Positions 18,022-27,876 of a stretch of DNA of 64,000 nucleotides are shown here, one piece after another. This DNA is from Bacteroidota bacterium (GTDB lineage Bacteria > Bacteroidota > Bacteroidia > Bacteroidales > NBLH01): assembly GCA_039714415.1 (NCBI GenBank), contig JBDLJL010000001.1:23172-87171 (forward strand), in the 5' to 3' direction. Position 1 is the stretch's first letter, and each line of letters opens with the position of its first letter. The translations under genes and the position numbers were made by a program. A model generated the notes under the pieces. It did not search any database. It was given only the letters and a program-made list of their open reading frames with translations, and was not told the origin of the DNA.

Positions 18022-20541
18022 TTATTTTTTCGTTTTTTTCTTTTTAGTGGTTTTTGTTTCAGCTGCAATAATTTCATTACATTTTTCCAAGGTTAATTTT
18101 TCCGGGTCAATATTTTTACCCAATCGATAATATTTTGTTTTATGTTTTATACAAGGTTTACCCCACCTGTCTTTAATAACTAAAATGTCTTTGTCTTCAG
18201 CAAATTCTTTAATTAGTTTTTTCTTATCCGCTTCTCTTTTGTCATTAATTAGTTCTATTGATCTTTCAAGGGTTATACTTAAGGGATCGTCTGTCTTTTT
18301 TAACGATACAAATTTTGAATCATGCCTTATGTATGGCCCAAACCTTCCAACACCAATTACCACTACTTTATTTTCAAACTCCCCCACCGTTCTAGGTAGT
18401 CTGAATAACTCAAGTGCCTGTTCAAGGTCAATGGCATTAACATCCATCCCTGCTAATAAACTGGCATATTTTGGTTTTTCATCATCATCGGAGGTACCAA
18501 TCTGCACCATTGGACCATATCGACCAACCCTAACGAATACGGGCTTACCAGATTCAGGATCATTACCCAGGTTGCGGCCATCTTTATTTGATTTTAAAAG
18601 ATGCAATGCATCTTTCAGGTTAATTGTTTCAATTAACTGATCTCTGTTCAAACTTGCAAAAACAGGTTTATCACCTTCCTGAGCATCTCCAAGTTGCACA
18701 ATAGCTCCGTAGCGGCCCATCCTGGTTAAAACTACTTTACCGGAATCAGGATCTTTTCCAAGAATTTTTTCACCACTTCCCCTTTCTGATTTCTCAATTG
18801 TTTGTTCAACCCTTTCATGAAACGGATGATAAAACTGATCAATCATTTTTGGCCATTCAAGTTTTCCAAATGATATTTCGTCAAATTTTTTCTCAACATC
18901 TGCAGTGAAGTTGTAGTCCATGATGTCCTCAAAATTTTTGAGCAAAAAGTCATTTACGATCATTCCAATATCTGTGGGGAATAGCTTGGCTTTTTCTTTT
19001 CCAAACAGCTCTGTTTTTTCTGTTTTTTCTACTTTATTTTTTGCGAGTGTATACTGGATATATTTTCTTTCTTTACCATCCCTGTTTTCTTTATGTACAT
19101 AGCCTCTTTTCTGTATGGTTGAAATAGTTGGGGCATAAGTTGAAGGACGGCCAATACCTAATTCCTCAAGTTTTTTAACCAGGCTTGCTTCCGTGTATCT
19201 TGGTAAACTTTTTGAAAACTTTTCGATAGCATCAATTTGTCGAACATTTAGTGTTGAATCAACAGATAATTCAGGTAAGCTACCTTTAGGAATACCGCTT
19301 CCATTTTCGTCATCAGTTGATTCGAGATAAACTTTTAAAAAGCCATCAAACTTTATTCGTTCACCTGAGGCAATGAATCTTTCAGTACAGGCAGAACATT
19401 TAATGATGATATTTGTTTTTTCAATTTGCGCTTCACTCATTTGCGAAGCAATTGTTCTTTTCCAGATTAATTCATATAAACGCTTTTCCTGATAGGAACC
19501 ATCTATATCTGTTTTTTCCATATAAGAAGGCCTAATCGCCTCATGCGCTTCCTGGGCACCTTTTATTTTCGATTTGTAAGCCCTTTGTTTATGGTATTTA
19601 TCTCCAAACTCTTTTATAATTTGTTTCTTAATTGATTGAAGGGCAGCGTTTGATAAGTTTACAGAATCTGTACGCATATAGGTAATATTTCCTGATTCAT
19701 ATAACCTTTGCGCAATTGACATTGTTTGGGATACAGAAAAACCCAGCTTTCTGCTTGCTTCCTGTTGTAATGTTGATGTTGTAAATGGTGCAGCTGGTGA
19801 ACGCTTTGAAGGTTTCCGTTCAATATCGGCTATTTTGTATTCTGATGATTTACAATTATTTAGAAATTCCTGAACTGCTTTTTCTGATTTAATCCTTTTT
19901 TCTAAATCGGCACTTAATTCTACTGCTTTTTTTCCATCACCAGGTATATCAAAAAGTGCAGTTATTTTAAATGCTGATTCCGGTTTAAAGGCCAATATTT
20001 CACGTTCTCGCTCAACAATCAGGCGCACTGCCACTGATTGAACTCTGCCCGCTGATAATGAAGGCTTTACTTTTCTCCAAAGCACAGGTGATAGTTCAAA
20101 ACCTACCAGGCGATCTAATACACGTCTAGCTTGTTGGGCTGCAACCAGGTCATAATCAATCTTTCTGGGATTTTTTATTGCTTTTAATATAGCATCTTTG
20201 GTTATTTCATGAAATACAATTCGTCTTGTATTTGAATCTTTCAAGCCTAAAGTATCAAACAGGTGCCATGCAATAGCTTCCCCTTCACGGTCTTCATCCG
20301 ATGCCAACCATACTGTTGTTGATTGTTTTGCCAGTTTTTTTAACTCAGTTACAATCTTCTTTTTTTCAGGATTAATAATATAAACCGGTTTAAATTGGTT
20401 TGCTATATCAATTCCAAAATCCTTCTTCGCCAAATCCCTAATGTGGCCATTGCTTGATTTAACCTGAAAATCTTTACCCAGAAATTTTTCTATGGTTTTG
20501 GCTTTTGCCGGGGACTCTACAATCACTAAGTTTGGTTCCAT
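18022..20541 (-). CDS. topA: DNA topoisomerase I
   Basis: 839 aa with a TOPRIM N-terminus (LVIVESPAKAKTIEKFLG), the active-site region ITYMRTDS, and repeated C-terminal GRFGPY/GRYGP domains. Confidence 0.95.
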   Translation of the reverse strand: MEPNLVIVESPAKAKTIEKFLGKDFQVKSSNGHIRDLAKKDFGIDIANQFKPVYIINPEKKKIVTELKKLAKQSTTVWLASDEDREGEAIAWHLFDTLGLKDSNTRRIVFHEITKDAILKAIKNPRKIDYDLVAAQQARRVLDRLVGFELSPVLWRKVKPSLSAGRVQSVAVRLIVEREREILAFKPESAFKITALFDIPGDGKKAVELSADLEKRIKSEKAVQEFLNNCKSSEYKIADIERKPSKRSPAAPFTTSTLQQEASRKLGFSVSQTMSIAQRLYESGNITYMRTDSVNLSNAALQSIKKQIIKEFGDKYHKQRAYKSKIKGAQEAHEAIRPSYMEKTDIDGSYQEKRLYELIWKRTIASQMSEAQIEKTNIIIKCSACTERFIASGERIKFDGFLKVYLESTDDENGSGIPKGSLPELSVDSTLNVRQIDAIEKFSKSLPRYTEASLVKKLEELGIGRPSTYAPTISTIQKRGYVHKENRDGKERKYIQYTLAKNKVEKTEKTELFGKEKAKLFPTDIGMIVNDFLLKNFEDIMDYNFTADVEKKFDEISFGKLEWPKMIDQFYHPFHERVEQTIEKSERGSGEKILGKDPDSGKVVLTRMGRYGAIVQLGDAQEGDKPVFASLNRDQLIETINLKDALHLLKSNKDGRNLGNDPESGKPVFVRVGRYGPMVQIGTSDDDEKPKYASLLAGMDVNAIDLEQALELFRLPRTVGEFENKVVVIGVGRFGPYIRHDSKFVSLKKTDDPLSITLERSIELINDKREADKKKLIKEFAEDKDILVIKDRWGKPCIKHKTKYYRLGKNIDPEKLTLEKCNEIIAAETKTTKKKKTKK

Positions 20542-20777
20542 TCTTATATATGTTTAAAACAAATTACCGTATGCAAATTGTTTATTATAATGTTGAAATA
20601 TTCTAATCAGAAAATTTGCACAAAATAAAGCATTTAGAATACTAAGTTCAAAACTTTTTTAGAATATTTTGAATTAAGCAGTTTTCATAAACATGGTTAA
20701 TTGTCTAAAAATAAGGCTTGTATATAGCAAATAGACAAGCATATTTTATAATACTATTTTCATGTAAATTTTATTTT

Positions 20778-20785
20778 TATCTTTG
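20778..20785 (+). promoter_or_regulatory. -7 box TATCTTTG upstream of the PBP1A gene
   Basis: Exact TAnnTTTG match, 45 bp before the ORF start. Confidence 0.5.
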
Positions 20786-20829
20786 CAATAAAAGTTTACA
20801 CTTCGACAAGCTAAGTATAAAACATTACT

Positions 20830-23223
20830 ATGGTAGAAATGACTCCTGAATATAAAAAAAAGGCTGTTAAAGTATGGTGGATCGTGGTATTTATCCCAAT
20901 ATTTTTAACGGTTGTCTTGTTTACAATAATCTCAAGTAGTAGTGAGAAAAATCCTGAGCACTGGAGATATATGCCAACATTTGAAGAGTTGGAAAACCCG
21001 GAAAGTAATTTGGCTGCCGAAATCATATCGGCCGACCAGAAACTTTTGGGCAAGTATTATCGTCAAAACAGAACCGTTGTAAAGTTTGAAAACCTGCCCC
21101 CGGTTTTAGTGAATGCTCTGGTTGCAACGGAAGATGTTCGTTATTATGATCATTCGGGTATTGATGCAAGAGGATTGTTTCGTGTTTTAATCAGAACTGT
21201 TTTATTAGGACAGGGGACAGGTGGTGGGAGTACCATTACACAGCAATTGGCTAAAAACTTGTTCCCCCGCGACACCAAGAATCGTTCTAAATTAGGAAGA
21301 CTGGCTGTTACAATTTTTGCCAAGTTAAAAGAATGGGTAATCGCCGTAAAGTTGGAACGGAATTATACCAAAGAGGAAATAATGGCCATGTATTTAAATA
21401 CCGTTGAGTTTGGTAGCCAGGCTTTTGGTATTAAATCAGCTGCACGTACATTTTTTGATAAATCACCGGATTCATTAAAACTTGAAGAAGCTGCAGTACT
21501 GGTTGGTGTCTTACAGGCACCATCAAGATTTAATCCGGTAAGAAACACTGAACGATCAAAAACTAGGCGTAATACGGTTTTGGGTCAAATGAAAAAATAT
21601 GGTTTTATAACACAGGAGGTTTTTGACTCAACAAAGGCATTACCTTTAATAACTAGATATAATGTACAATCACATTCACGTGGGCTGGGTACTTATTTTA
21701 GGGAATATTTACGGAAAATAATGACCGCCCGGAAACCGGAACGTAAAAATTATGCTAGTTACCAAGCTCAAAAATTTAAAGAGGATTCGTTAAATTGGGG
21801 TAGTAATCCATTATATGGGTGGTGTAATAGAAATAAAAAACCGAATGGTGAAAACTATAATTTATATAGCGATGGTTTAAAAATATATACTACCATTAAT
21901 TCCAGGATGCAACATTATGCAGAGCAGGCTGTAAAGGAACATATGGGAGGGTATTTGCAACCTTTATTTTTTAAAACCCAAAAAGGGCGCCAAAGAGCAC
22001 CATTTCACTGGAAGCTTAAGCAAAAACAGATTGATAGGATATTGTATCTGGCTATGAGAAGGAGTGAACGTTACAGGGTTCTTCGCAATGTGGATAAGAT
22101 GGATTCTGCTGCAATCATAAAAAATTTTAATACACCAACCCGGATGCATGTTTTTTCATGGAAAGGTGATATTGATACGGTTATGACACCTATCGACTCC
22201 ATACGGTATTATAAATATTTTTTGCATGCCGGTTTAATGTCTATGGAACCACAAACTGGTTATGTTCGTGCATATGTTGGGGATATTAATTATCGCCATT
22301 TTAAGTTTGATAATGTTATGATTGCTAAAAGGCAGGTTGGTTCTACTTTTAAACCTATTATTTATACCATTGCCATGATGCCCGGTGGTTTTTCACCTTG
22401 CCATAAAATACCAAATATCCCGGTAACCTTTAAAATGCCTGAAGGACAAAGTGATTATACCCCAAGGTTTTCTCCATCAAGTGTAGATGGGGAAATGATA
22501 ACACTTAAAACAGGTTTGGCTAAATCCCTTAACCAGGTTTCTGCATGGATAATGAAACAATACAATCCAGCTACTTTTGTTCAATTGGCAAGGAAAATGG
22601 GAATTGTTAGTAAAATACCTGAGGTCCCTTCCATTTGCGTGGGTGCATCTGAAATCAGGTTAGCTGAAATGGTTGCCGCTTACGACACATATATAAATAA
22701 GGGGGTGTTTGTTGAGCCAATATTTGTTACCCGTATAGAAGATAAAAACGGTAATATTATCTCTACTTTTAAACCTAAGAAAAGAGAAGTTATTAGTGAA
22801 GGGACAGCATATCGTATGCTTAATTTAATGCAAGGTGTTACCGGTCCCGGGGGGACAAGCTATCGATTGCGTTTTACCTATAATCTTAACAATGAAATTG
22901 CCGGGAAAACAGGAACTACTAATGATAATTCTGATGGATGGTTTATAGGGTTGGTACCCAATTTGGTTACCGGTGTTTGGGTTGGGGGCGAAGAAAGAAG
23001 CATTCGTTTTGCAAGCGGAGCCTATGGACAAGGTTCAAGTATGGCACTTCCCATTTGGGCACATTATATGCGCGAAGTTTATATTGATGAAGATCTGGGA
23101 ATTAGTAAAGCAAGATTTGAAGTTCCTGATAATATGGAGGGTATTGAAATAGATTGTTCAAAATATAAAGAACATGAATCAGAGTTTGAAGAGATAGGTA
23201 ACCCTGAAAATGATATTTTTTAG
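20830..23223 (+). CDS. mrcA: Penicillin-binding protein 1A (bifunctional glycosyltransferase/transpeptidase)
   Basis: 797 aa. GT51 motifs are EDVRYYDHSGID, GGSTITQQLAKN and RKLKE-like. Transpeptidase motifs are STFKP, SLN and KTGTT. Confidence 0.9.
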   Translation: MVEMTPEYKKKAVKVWWIVVFIPIFLTVVLFTIISSSSEKNPEHWRYMPTFEELENPESNLAAEIISADQKLLGKYYRQNRTVVKFENLPPVLVNALVATEDVRYYDHSGIDARGLFRVLIRTVLLGQGTGGGSTITQQLAKNLFPRDTKNRSKLGRLAVTIFAKLKEWVIAVKLERNYTKEEIMAMYLNTVEFGSQAFGIKSAARTFFDKSPDSLKLEEAAVLVGVLQAPSRFNPVRNTERSKTRRNTVLGQMKKYGFITQEVFDSTKALPLITRYNVQSHSRGLGTYFREYLRKIMTARKPERKNYASYQAQKFKEDSLNWGSNPLYGWCNRNKKPNGENYNLYSDGLKIYTTINSRMQHYAEQAVKEHMGGYLQPLFFKTQKGRQRAPFHWKLKQKQIDRILYLAMRRSERYRVLRNVDKMDSAAIIKNFNTPTRMHVFSWKGDIDTVMTPIDSIRYYKYFLHAGLMSMEPQTGYVRAYVGDINYRHFKFDNVMIAKRQVGSTFKPIIYTIAMMPGGFSPCHKIPNIPVTFKMPEGQSDYTPRFSPSSVDGEMITLKTGLAKSLNQVSAWIMKQYNPATFVQLARKMGIVSKIPEVPSICVGASEIRLAEMVAAYDTYINKGVFVEPIFVTRIEDKNGNIISTFKPKKREVISEGTAYRMLNLMQGVTGPGGTSYRLRFTYNLNNEIAGKTGTTNDNSDGWFIGLVPNLVTGVWVGGEERSIRFASGAYGQGSSMALPIWAHYMREVYIDEDLGISKARFEVPDNMEGIEIDCSKYKEHESEFEEIGNPENDIF

Positions 23224-23308
23224 TTTTATTGCCAAAAGGCTGTGTTTTATTTTTTAAAAACAGAGTTTAAAAAGTACTAACTTTAAGACATTAACAAACA
23301 AATTTTCT

Positions 23309-24223
23309 ATGAACAAAATTGTTGAAAATGCCAGGGAAGCAATAGCCGATAAAAAGTAATTGTACAATCATGTTAGGTGGTTTTGGGCTGTGCGGAATAC
23401 CGGAAAACTGTATTAATGCTATGACAAAAACCGATATCAACGGTTTAATTTGCATATCAAATAATGCAGGTGTGGATGATTTTGGTCTTGGATTATTATT
23501 AAAAAAATATCAGATAAAAAAAATGATTTCATCATATGTAGGTGAAAATAAAGAGTTTGAACGGCAACTTTTGAGCGGGGAACTCCAGGTTGATTTAATT
23601 CCTCAAGGAACATTGGCAGAAAGAATAAGGGCTGGTGGAGCAGGTATTCCGGCAGAATATGGCACAGAGGTAGCTGATGGAAAAGAAGTAAGAGATTTTA
23701 ATGGGAAAATGGCTTACTGGGAATTGGACCTTTTCCGCAAAAGGAAGAAGTCTCGGCGGATTTGATAAATGCCGGTAAACAAACAGTAACAACTGTTCCG
23801 GGTGCTTCCTTTTTTGATTCGGCGACCAGTTTTGCTATGATTCGTGGCGGACATGTTGATTTAACTGTGTTGGGTGCTTTTGAAGTTAGTGAAAAGGGTG
23901 ATATTGCCAGTTGGAAAATTCCAAAAAAAATGGTTAAGGGCATGGGAGGGGCTATGGATTTGGTTGCTTCTGCAAAAAATATTATAGTTGCTATGCAACA
24001 CACTAATAGGAGCGGTGAATCAAAACTTATTAAGGAATGTACATTACCCTTAACAGGTGTTTCTTGTGTTAAAAAAATTGTTACAGATATGGCTGTAATT
24101 GATTTAACAGATGATGGGTTTAAATTAATTGAAAGAGCGCCGGGTGTTAGTGTTGAAGATATTGTAAATGCTACTGAAGGCAAATTAATTGTTGAGGGTG
24201 AAATACCCGAAATGAGTATTTAG
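23309..24223 (+). pseudogene. Decayed scoA-scoB (3-oxoacid CoA-transferase subunits A/B) remnant
   Basis: ATG at 23309 gives [16 protein letters not shown] then a stop at 23357-23359, and the reading frame shifts in the A-run 23351-23355. ScoA homology resumes in [11 protein letters not shown]...[13 protein letters not shown]...GKEVRDFNG. It then jumps directly into ScoB sequence [11 protein letters not shown]...[11 protein letters not shown]...[11 protein letters not shown] in another frame (open from 23702). Confidence 0.75.
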
Positions 24224-25101
24224 TTACTTTTTTCTATTACTCGTATATTTTTCTTTTTAAGATTTGGGTTCTTCGGTAATTCTGGCTTTGTTATTATAGG
24301 AAATTTCTTAAGTGATATTTTTCTAATTTTCATATGCTTATTCTTAGTCCCTGTATCATGATCTGCAATTTTACATGCAATTTTAGTTGGTATTTTTGCA
24401 GGATTTGTTTTTGCGGTTAATTTATATGTATGCCATTTCCCATCTTTAACTAAAGTTGTATCTTTAAAAGCCTTGTTTGATCCATCTTTGTAAAAAATAT
24501 AGCTTAGCATAGTGGGATTAATCGATTTGTCATCCTTAAAAATCATAATTTCGGCTGATAATTCAAACCTGGATTGTCCAAAAATTGCTTTTTCAAACTT
24601 TATGGTATTTAATTTCCCATCGTTCGGTAAAGACCAGTCTTTTTTCTTATTCCAGATTTCACGTTTTCCTAAACTCTTTTTATTTTGTTTGTTTGCTAAA
24701 TTTATTGAATCTAATACAATCATTGGTAAATTAAATATACTTTTTCTTCTATTAAAAACTTCATTTTTGCTTTTAATATTCTCAATTACCTGGTCATATA
24801 TTAGTGAAAAATCTTCCATATCCCTTGCATAATGAATCAAGCTTATATCAAACTTATTTCTTGACATATTATGCTTAACCAAAACATAGTTGTAGTATGA
24901 GTCTGTTGAATCTTTTAGCTTCCTGTCATAAAGGCTTTTTTCTGTTAAAACTGCATCAGCAAGATGTAATTCTGTTAAAATATTAATAAAATTTTCCCTG
25001 GGGATAATATCTGTCTCATTATTTGAATTGCAGGACACCAATACAAAAAATGCAATTACTAAACCTGTACTGAGTATATATCTAGAATAATTCAAAATCA
25101 T
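24220..25101 (-). CDS. Hypothetical lipoprotein (N-terminal DUF4296-like region)
   Basis: 293 aa with a lipobox (LVSCNSN). [16 protein letters not shown] resembles DUF4296 as I recall it. Confidence 0.5.
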   Translation of the reverse strand: MILNYSRYILSTGLVIAFFVLVSCNSNNETDIIPRENFINILTELHLADAVLTEKSLYDRKLKDSTDSYYNYVLVKHNMSRNKFDISLIHYARDMEDFSLIYDQVIENIKSKNEVFNRRKSIFNLPMIVLDSINLANKQNKKSLGKREIWNKKKDWSLPNDGKLNTIKFEKAIFGQSRFELSAEIMIFKDDKSINPTMLSYIFYKDGSNKAFKDTTLVKDGKWHTYKLTAKTNPAKIPTKIACKIADHDTGTKNKHMKIRKISLKKFPIITKPELPKNPNLKKKNIRVIEKSN

Positions 25102-25177
25102 TGATCATTTAATTAAAAAAAAAGCGACTTTACAAAAAGTAAAGCCGCTAAATTAATCATGATAAATTAAATATTGC

Positions 25178-26491
25178 TTATTTTGATGAAAAAAGTGTCG
25201 GTTTAAATGAGAACATCAACCAAAGCCATTGAGGTGTTTCGCTTGCACCTGGCTGGACTCCTTTGAAAATCTCCATCGTTTCACTTGGAAATGAAATATG
25301 ATATCCTGCCTTAATACTAATACCTTTTGCCATTTTGTATGTATAAATCATATCAATTTCCGACCCAAGGTTTTTATCATAAAATTCACCTGGATTAGCG
25401 GGGTCAGCAACATCTTGGGCAGTTTTGAATATATGATAAAACGCGGTTAAATTGTTCTTTTTATTGAACGTTATACCTGCTTTAATAAAAGGGTTCATTA
25501 CTCCACCATATTTTGTACTTCCGGCAGTAACTATATGATTTAAATTACCTTGGTACTTAAACCTGGCTCCATACAATATATCAAAAGCTTGAAATTTTTC
25601 TGTTCTGCTTGTATTTGGATCTTGCCCTGACAGATAATCAATACCTGCTCCTAAATATATTTTGCTGATCTGGTAACCTGCTTCTGCATTAAAAAAGTAA
25701 GCACTAACATCAACACCATCAATGGTTTTACCCAATTGATAATAAAATTCACCTTTAGCAAATAATTTTTTATTATTAAATTTTACAAATGGACCTACTG
25801 TATTTTTAAATTGAACAATAGTTGGTGAACCTGAAGGTTGGTAACCCGATGCAATATTAACCAAAGAAATGTAAAAATCTTTACTGATTTTTTTCTTAAG
25901 GTACAAATAGTTCAACGATTTCATTTTAGCAGGATTAAACTCACCGGAAAATAAGTTTAAAGCATTATTGTTGTATGAGAGAACTAAGTTTAGAGTAAAA
26001 CCATTTTTCTTATAATTAAAAGCAGCAGCATCATATGATAGGCCATTATTGTTCCAATTTCTTGCACCTACCAATCTTTGGTCATCTAATACCAACATCT
26101 GGCGGCCAATTTTTAATTGTAAATTCTCATTGAATTTTAATGCAGCCCAAGCTTCATTTAGTTCAATACTTGCTGAATCACCAAAAACACCAGTTTTGGA
26201 TACTACATTTTCATCTCCCCAAATTCTTGCATCCTGGAAACTAATTTTCATATCTAACAAGTTGCTTTTGTAGGCTATGCCCAAACGGGTTCTTTGCTCA
26301 ATTGCATAGCTGGCATAATTAGATTCTGTTGGCAACTTTTTGTAACCATTTAAAACATTCCCCCTGGTTCTTAGTTCTGCATCAACAGTGAATTCTGGTT
26401 TCTTTTCTTCTTTCTCCTTTTCTTGTGCAACCATATTTTGCACTATAAATATTAGCATAAGAAAGAACCCTATAAATTTAAAATTTTTCAT
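25178..26491 (-). CDS. Outer-membrane beta-barrel porin (alginate-export-like family)
   Basis: 437 aa with a signal peptide, alternating amphipathic beta-strand pattern, an aromatic-rich C-terminal strand (WLWLMFSFKPTLF), and a DARIWGDE motif resembling the alginate export domain. Confidence 0.6.
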   Translation of the reverse strand: MKNFKFIGFFLMLIFIVQNMVAQEKEKEEKKPEFTVDAELRTRGNVLNGYKKLPTESNYASYAIEQRTRLGIAYKSNLLDMKISFQDARIWGDENVVSKTGVFGDSASIELNEAWAALKFNENLQLKIGRQMLVLDDQRLVGARNWNNNGLSYDAAAFNYKKNGFTLNLVLSYNNNALNLFSGEFNPAKMKSLNYLYLKKKISKDFYISLVNIASGYQPSGSPTIVQFKNTVGPFVKFNNKKLFAKGEFYYQLGKTIDGVDVSAYFFNAEAGYQISKIYLGAGIDYLSGQDPNTSRTEKFQAFDILYGARFKYQGNLNHIVTAGSTKYGGVMNPFIKAGITFNKKNNLTAFYHIFKTAQDVADPANPGEFYDKNLGSEIDMIYTYKMAKGISIKAGYHISFPSETMEIFKGVQPGASETPQWLWLMFSFKPTLFSSK

Positions 26492-26655
26492 AATTGTGAA
26501 GTATTAATAATGTATCTTTTTAAATATATATTTATGTAAATATACGGCAAATGTAAATTTCATTGCCAAGCAAAAGCATGATATTTATCATGTAACAATA
26601 TGTTGTAGATTATACCCATGTGAATACTGATAAAAACATGATAATGTATCAGGTT

Positions 26656-26691
26656 TTTATTTCACATCAGTAATTACTGATGTGAAATAAA
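26656..26691. promoter_or_regulatory. 36-nt perfect palindrome (possible operator or hairpin)
   Basis: TTTATTTCACATCAGTAATTACTGATGTGAAATAAA is self-complementary over all 36 nt. It lies between the DUF302 gene end and the porin gene start. Confidence 0.4.
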
Positions 26692-26730
26692 AAATTTAAT
26701 TCTTCAAACTCTAATCCTGAGATTTCTATT

Positions 26731-27204
26731 TTAAAATAATACTTCTAAAATTTCTTCGTTTTCACTGGATGCATCAGCCATAACCTCATTGATAAGATCA
26801 CTCATGGTTTTTGCCATCAAAGCTGAATTCATTCTTGAAACATATGTTTTACCATCATTTTTTTCATAAATTGCTACGCGGCAAGGCATCATTGAAGACA
26901 CAATTCTTTCATCATCTGCTTCTAAAATTCTATTTGCATGGTCAGGATGACAAAGTTCGAAAACCTTTACAGATTTAACAGAATGACCAAATTTATCCAT
27001 TGTCTTTTGTAAATCATGAACCGCAGGTATTTTCCAACCATGATCTTTTACAGATTTTTCAAATTTTGTAACTGTTTCTTCAAAATCATATTTTGACGCA
27101 TCTTCCATAATCATTAAACCGGGTGCCATTTGGAATATAACAAACAGAGTAATAACCGTTCCTAAAACTAAGCCAATAAGGCCTCCTAAAATTGAATTTT
27201 TCAT
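26731..27204 (-). CDS. DUF302 domain protein with N-terminal membrane anchor
   Basis: 157 aa. The N-terminal TM is GGLIGLVLGTVITLFVIF. The DUF302-like core is FELCHPDHANRIL...MPCRVAIYEK. Confidence 0.7.
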   Translation of the reverse strand: MKNSILGGLIGLVLGTVITLFVIFQMAPGLMIMEDASKYDFEETVTKFEKSVKDHGWKIPAVHDLQKTMDKFGHSVKSVKVFELCHPDHANRILEADDERIVSSMMPCRVAIYEKNDGKTYVSRMNSALMAKTMSDLINEVMADASSENEEILEVLF

Positions 27205-27442
27205 AGTAATAATTTTTATTGATTTTAATTGCTAATAACAAATATTGTCAGCGACAAAGATAATATTAATTATTATTTTTCTACTTTTATAAAAAAATAA
27301 TTAAATATAAACAGATGAAAAATAATCATTAACACCTGTCTGCCACAGGCAGGCACATGAGAATTATTATTTTTCATCATGCGGTTCTTCCGCTAAGGCG
27401 GAACAAGCTATCCGGCAATTGAAAATAGTAAAATATAAACGG

Positions 27443-27850
27443 ATGAAAAAAGTTGTTGATTTATTAAACCAATTAAAGAAAAAGTGTTTAGAGCTTGACT
27501 TAATTTGTATGAAAGAACATAATATTTCTGATTCTGAATATAATTTTTTTTTGATTGTATCAGATTGTAAGAGACTTAATAGTAAATCAATTGCCGAAAA
27601 AATGGGTTTGTCTCTTTCCAGGACAAGCAGAATAATTGATAAATTAGTAAATAATGGACTAATAGAAAGAGACCACAATATAAAAGATCGACGTATAATC
27701 AATATCAGGTTAAGTAAAAAAGGGATTGATTTGAAAACAAAAATTGATAATTTCAGAATTGAATGTGAAACAAGGATAACTGAAAATATTCCTGCTTCAA
27801 AGCTAAATATTATAAAAGAAAGTTTTGAAGATATTATTAATGTTTTATAA
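27443..27850 (+). CDS. MarR-family transcriptional regulator
   Basis: Winged-helix core SIAEKMGLSLSRTSRIIDKLVNNGLIERDHNIKDRRIINIRLSKKG. I prefer the ATG at 27443 over the TTG at 27419 used by the track. Confidence 0.8.
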   Translation: MKKVVDLLNQLKKKCLELDLICMKEHNISDSEYNFFLIVSDCKRLNSKSIAEKMGLSLSRTSRIIDKLVNNGLIERDHNIKDRRIINIRLSKKGIDLKTKIDNFRIECETRITENIPASKLNIIKESFEDIINVL

Positions 27851-27876
27851 TTCCCTATTATATTAAGTTTTAAAAT

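Noticed and set aside
18185-18640. 151-aa plus-strand ORF inside topA (and similar ORFs at 13416-13706, 56153-56632 and 61487-61804)
   Set aside because: All are antisense to confidently identified genes (topA, gldL, the M20 dipeptidase, purN) and have Ser/Leu/Phe-rich low-complexity translations.
23698-24183. 161-aa minus-strand ORF across the scoB remnant
   Set aside because: It is antisense to sequence with strong ScoB homology, so it is a shadow ORF.
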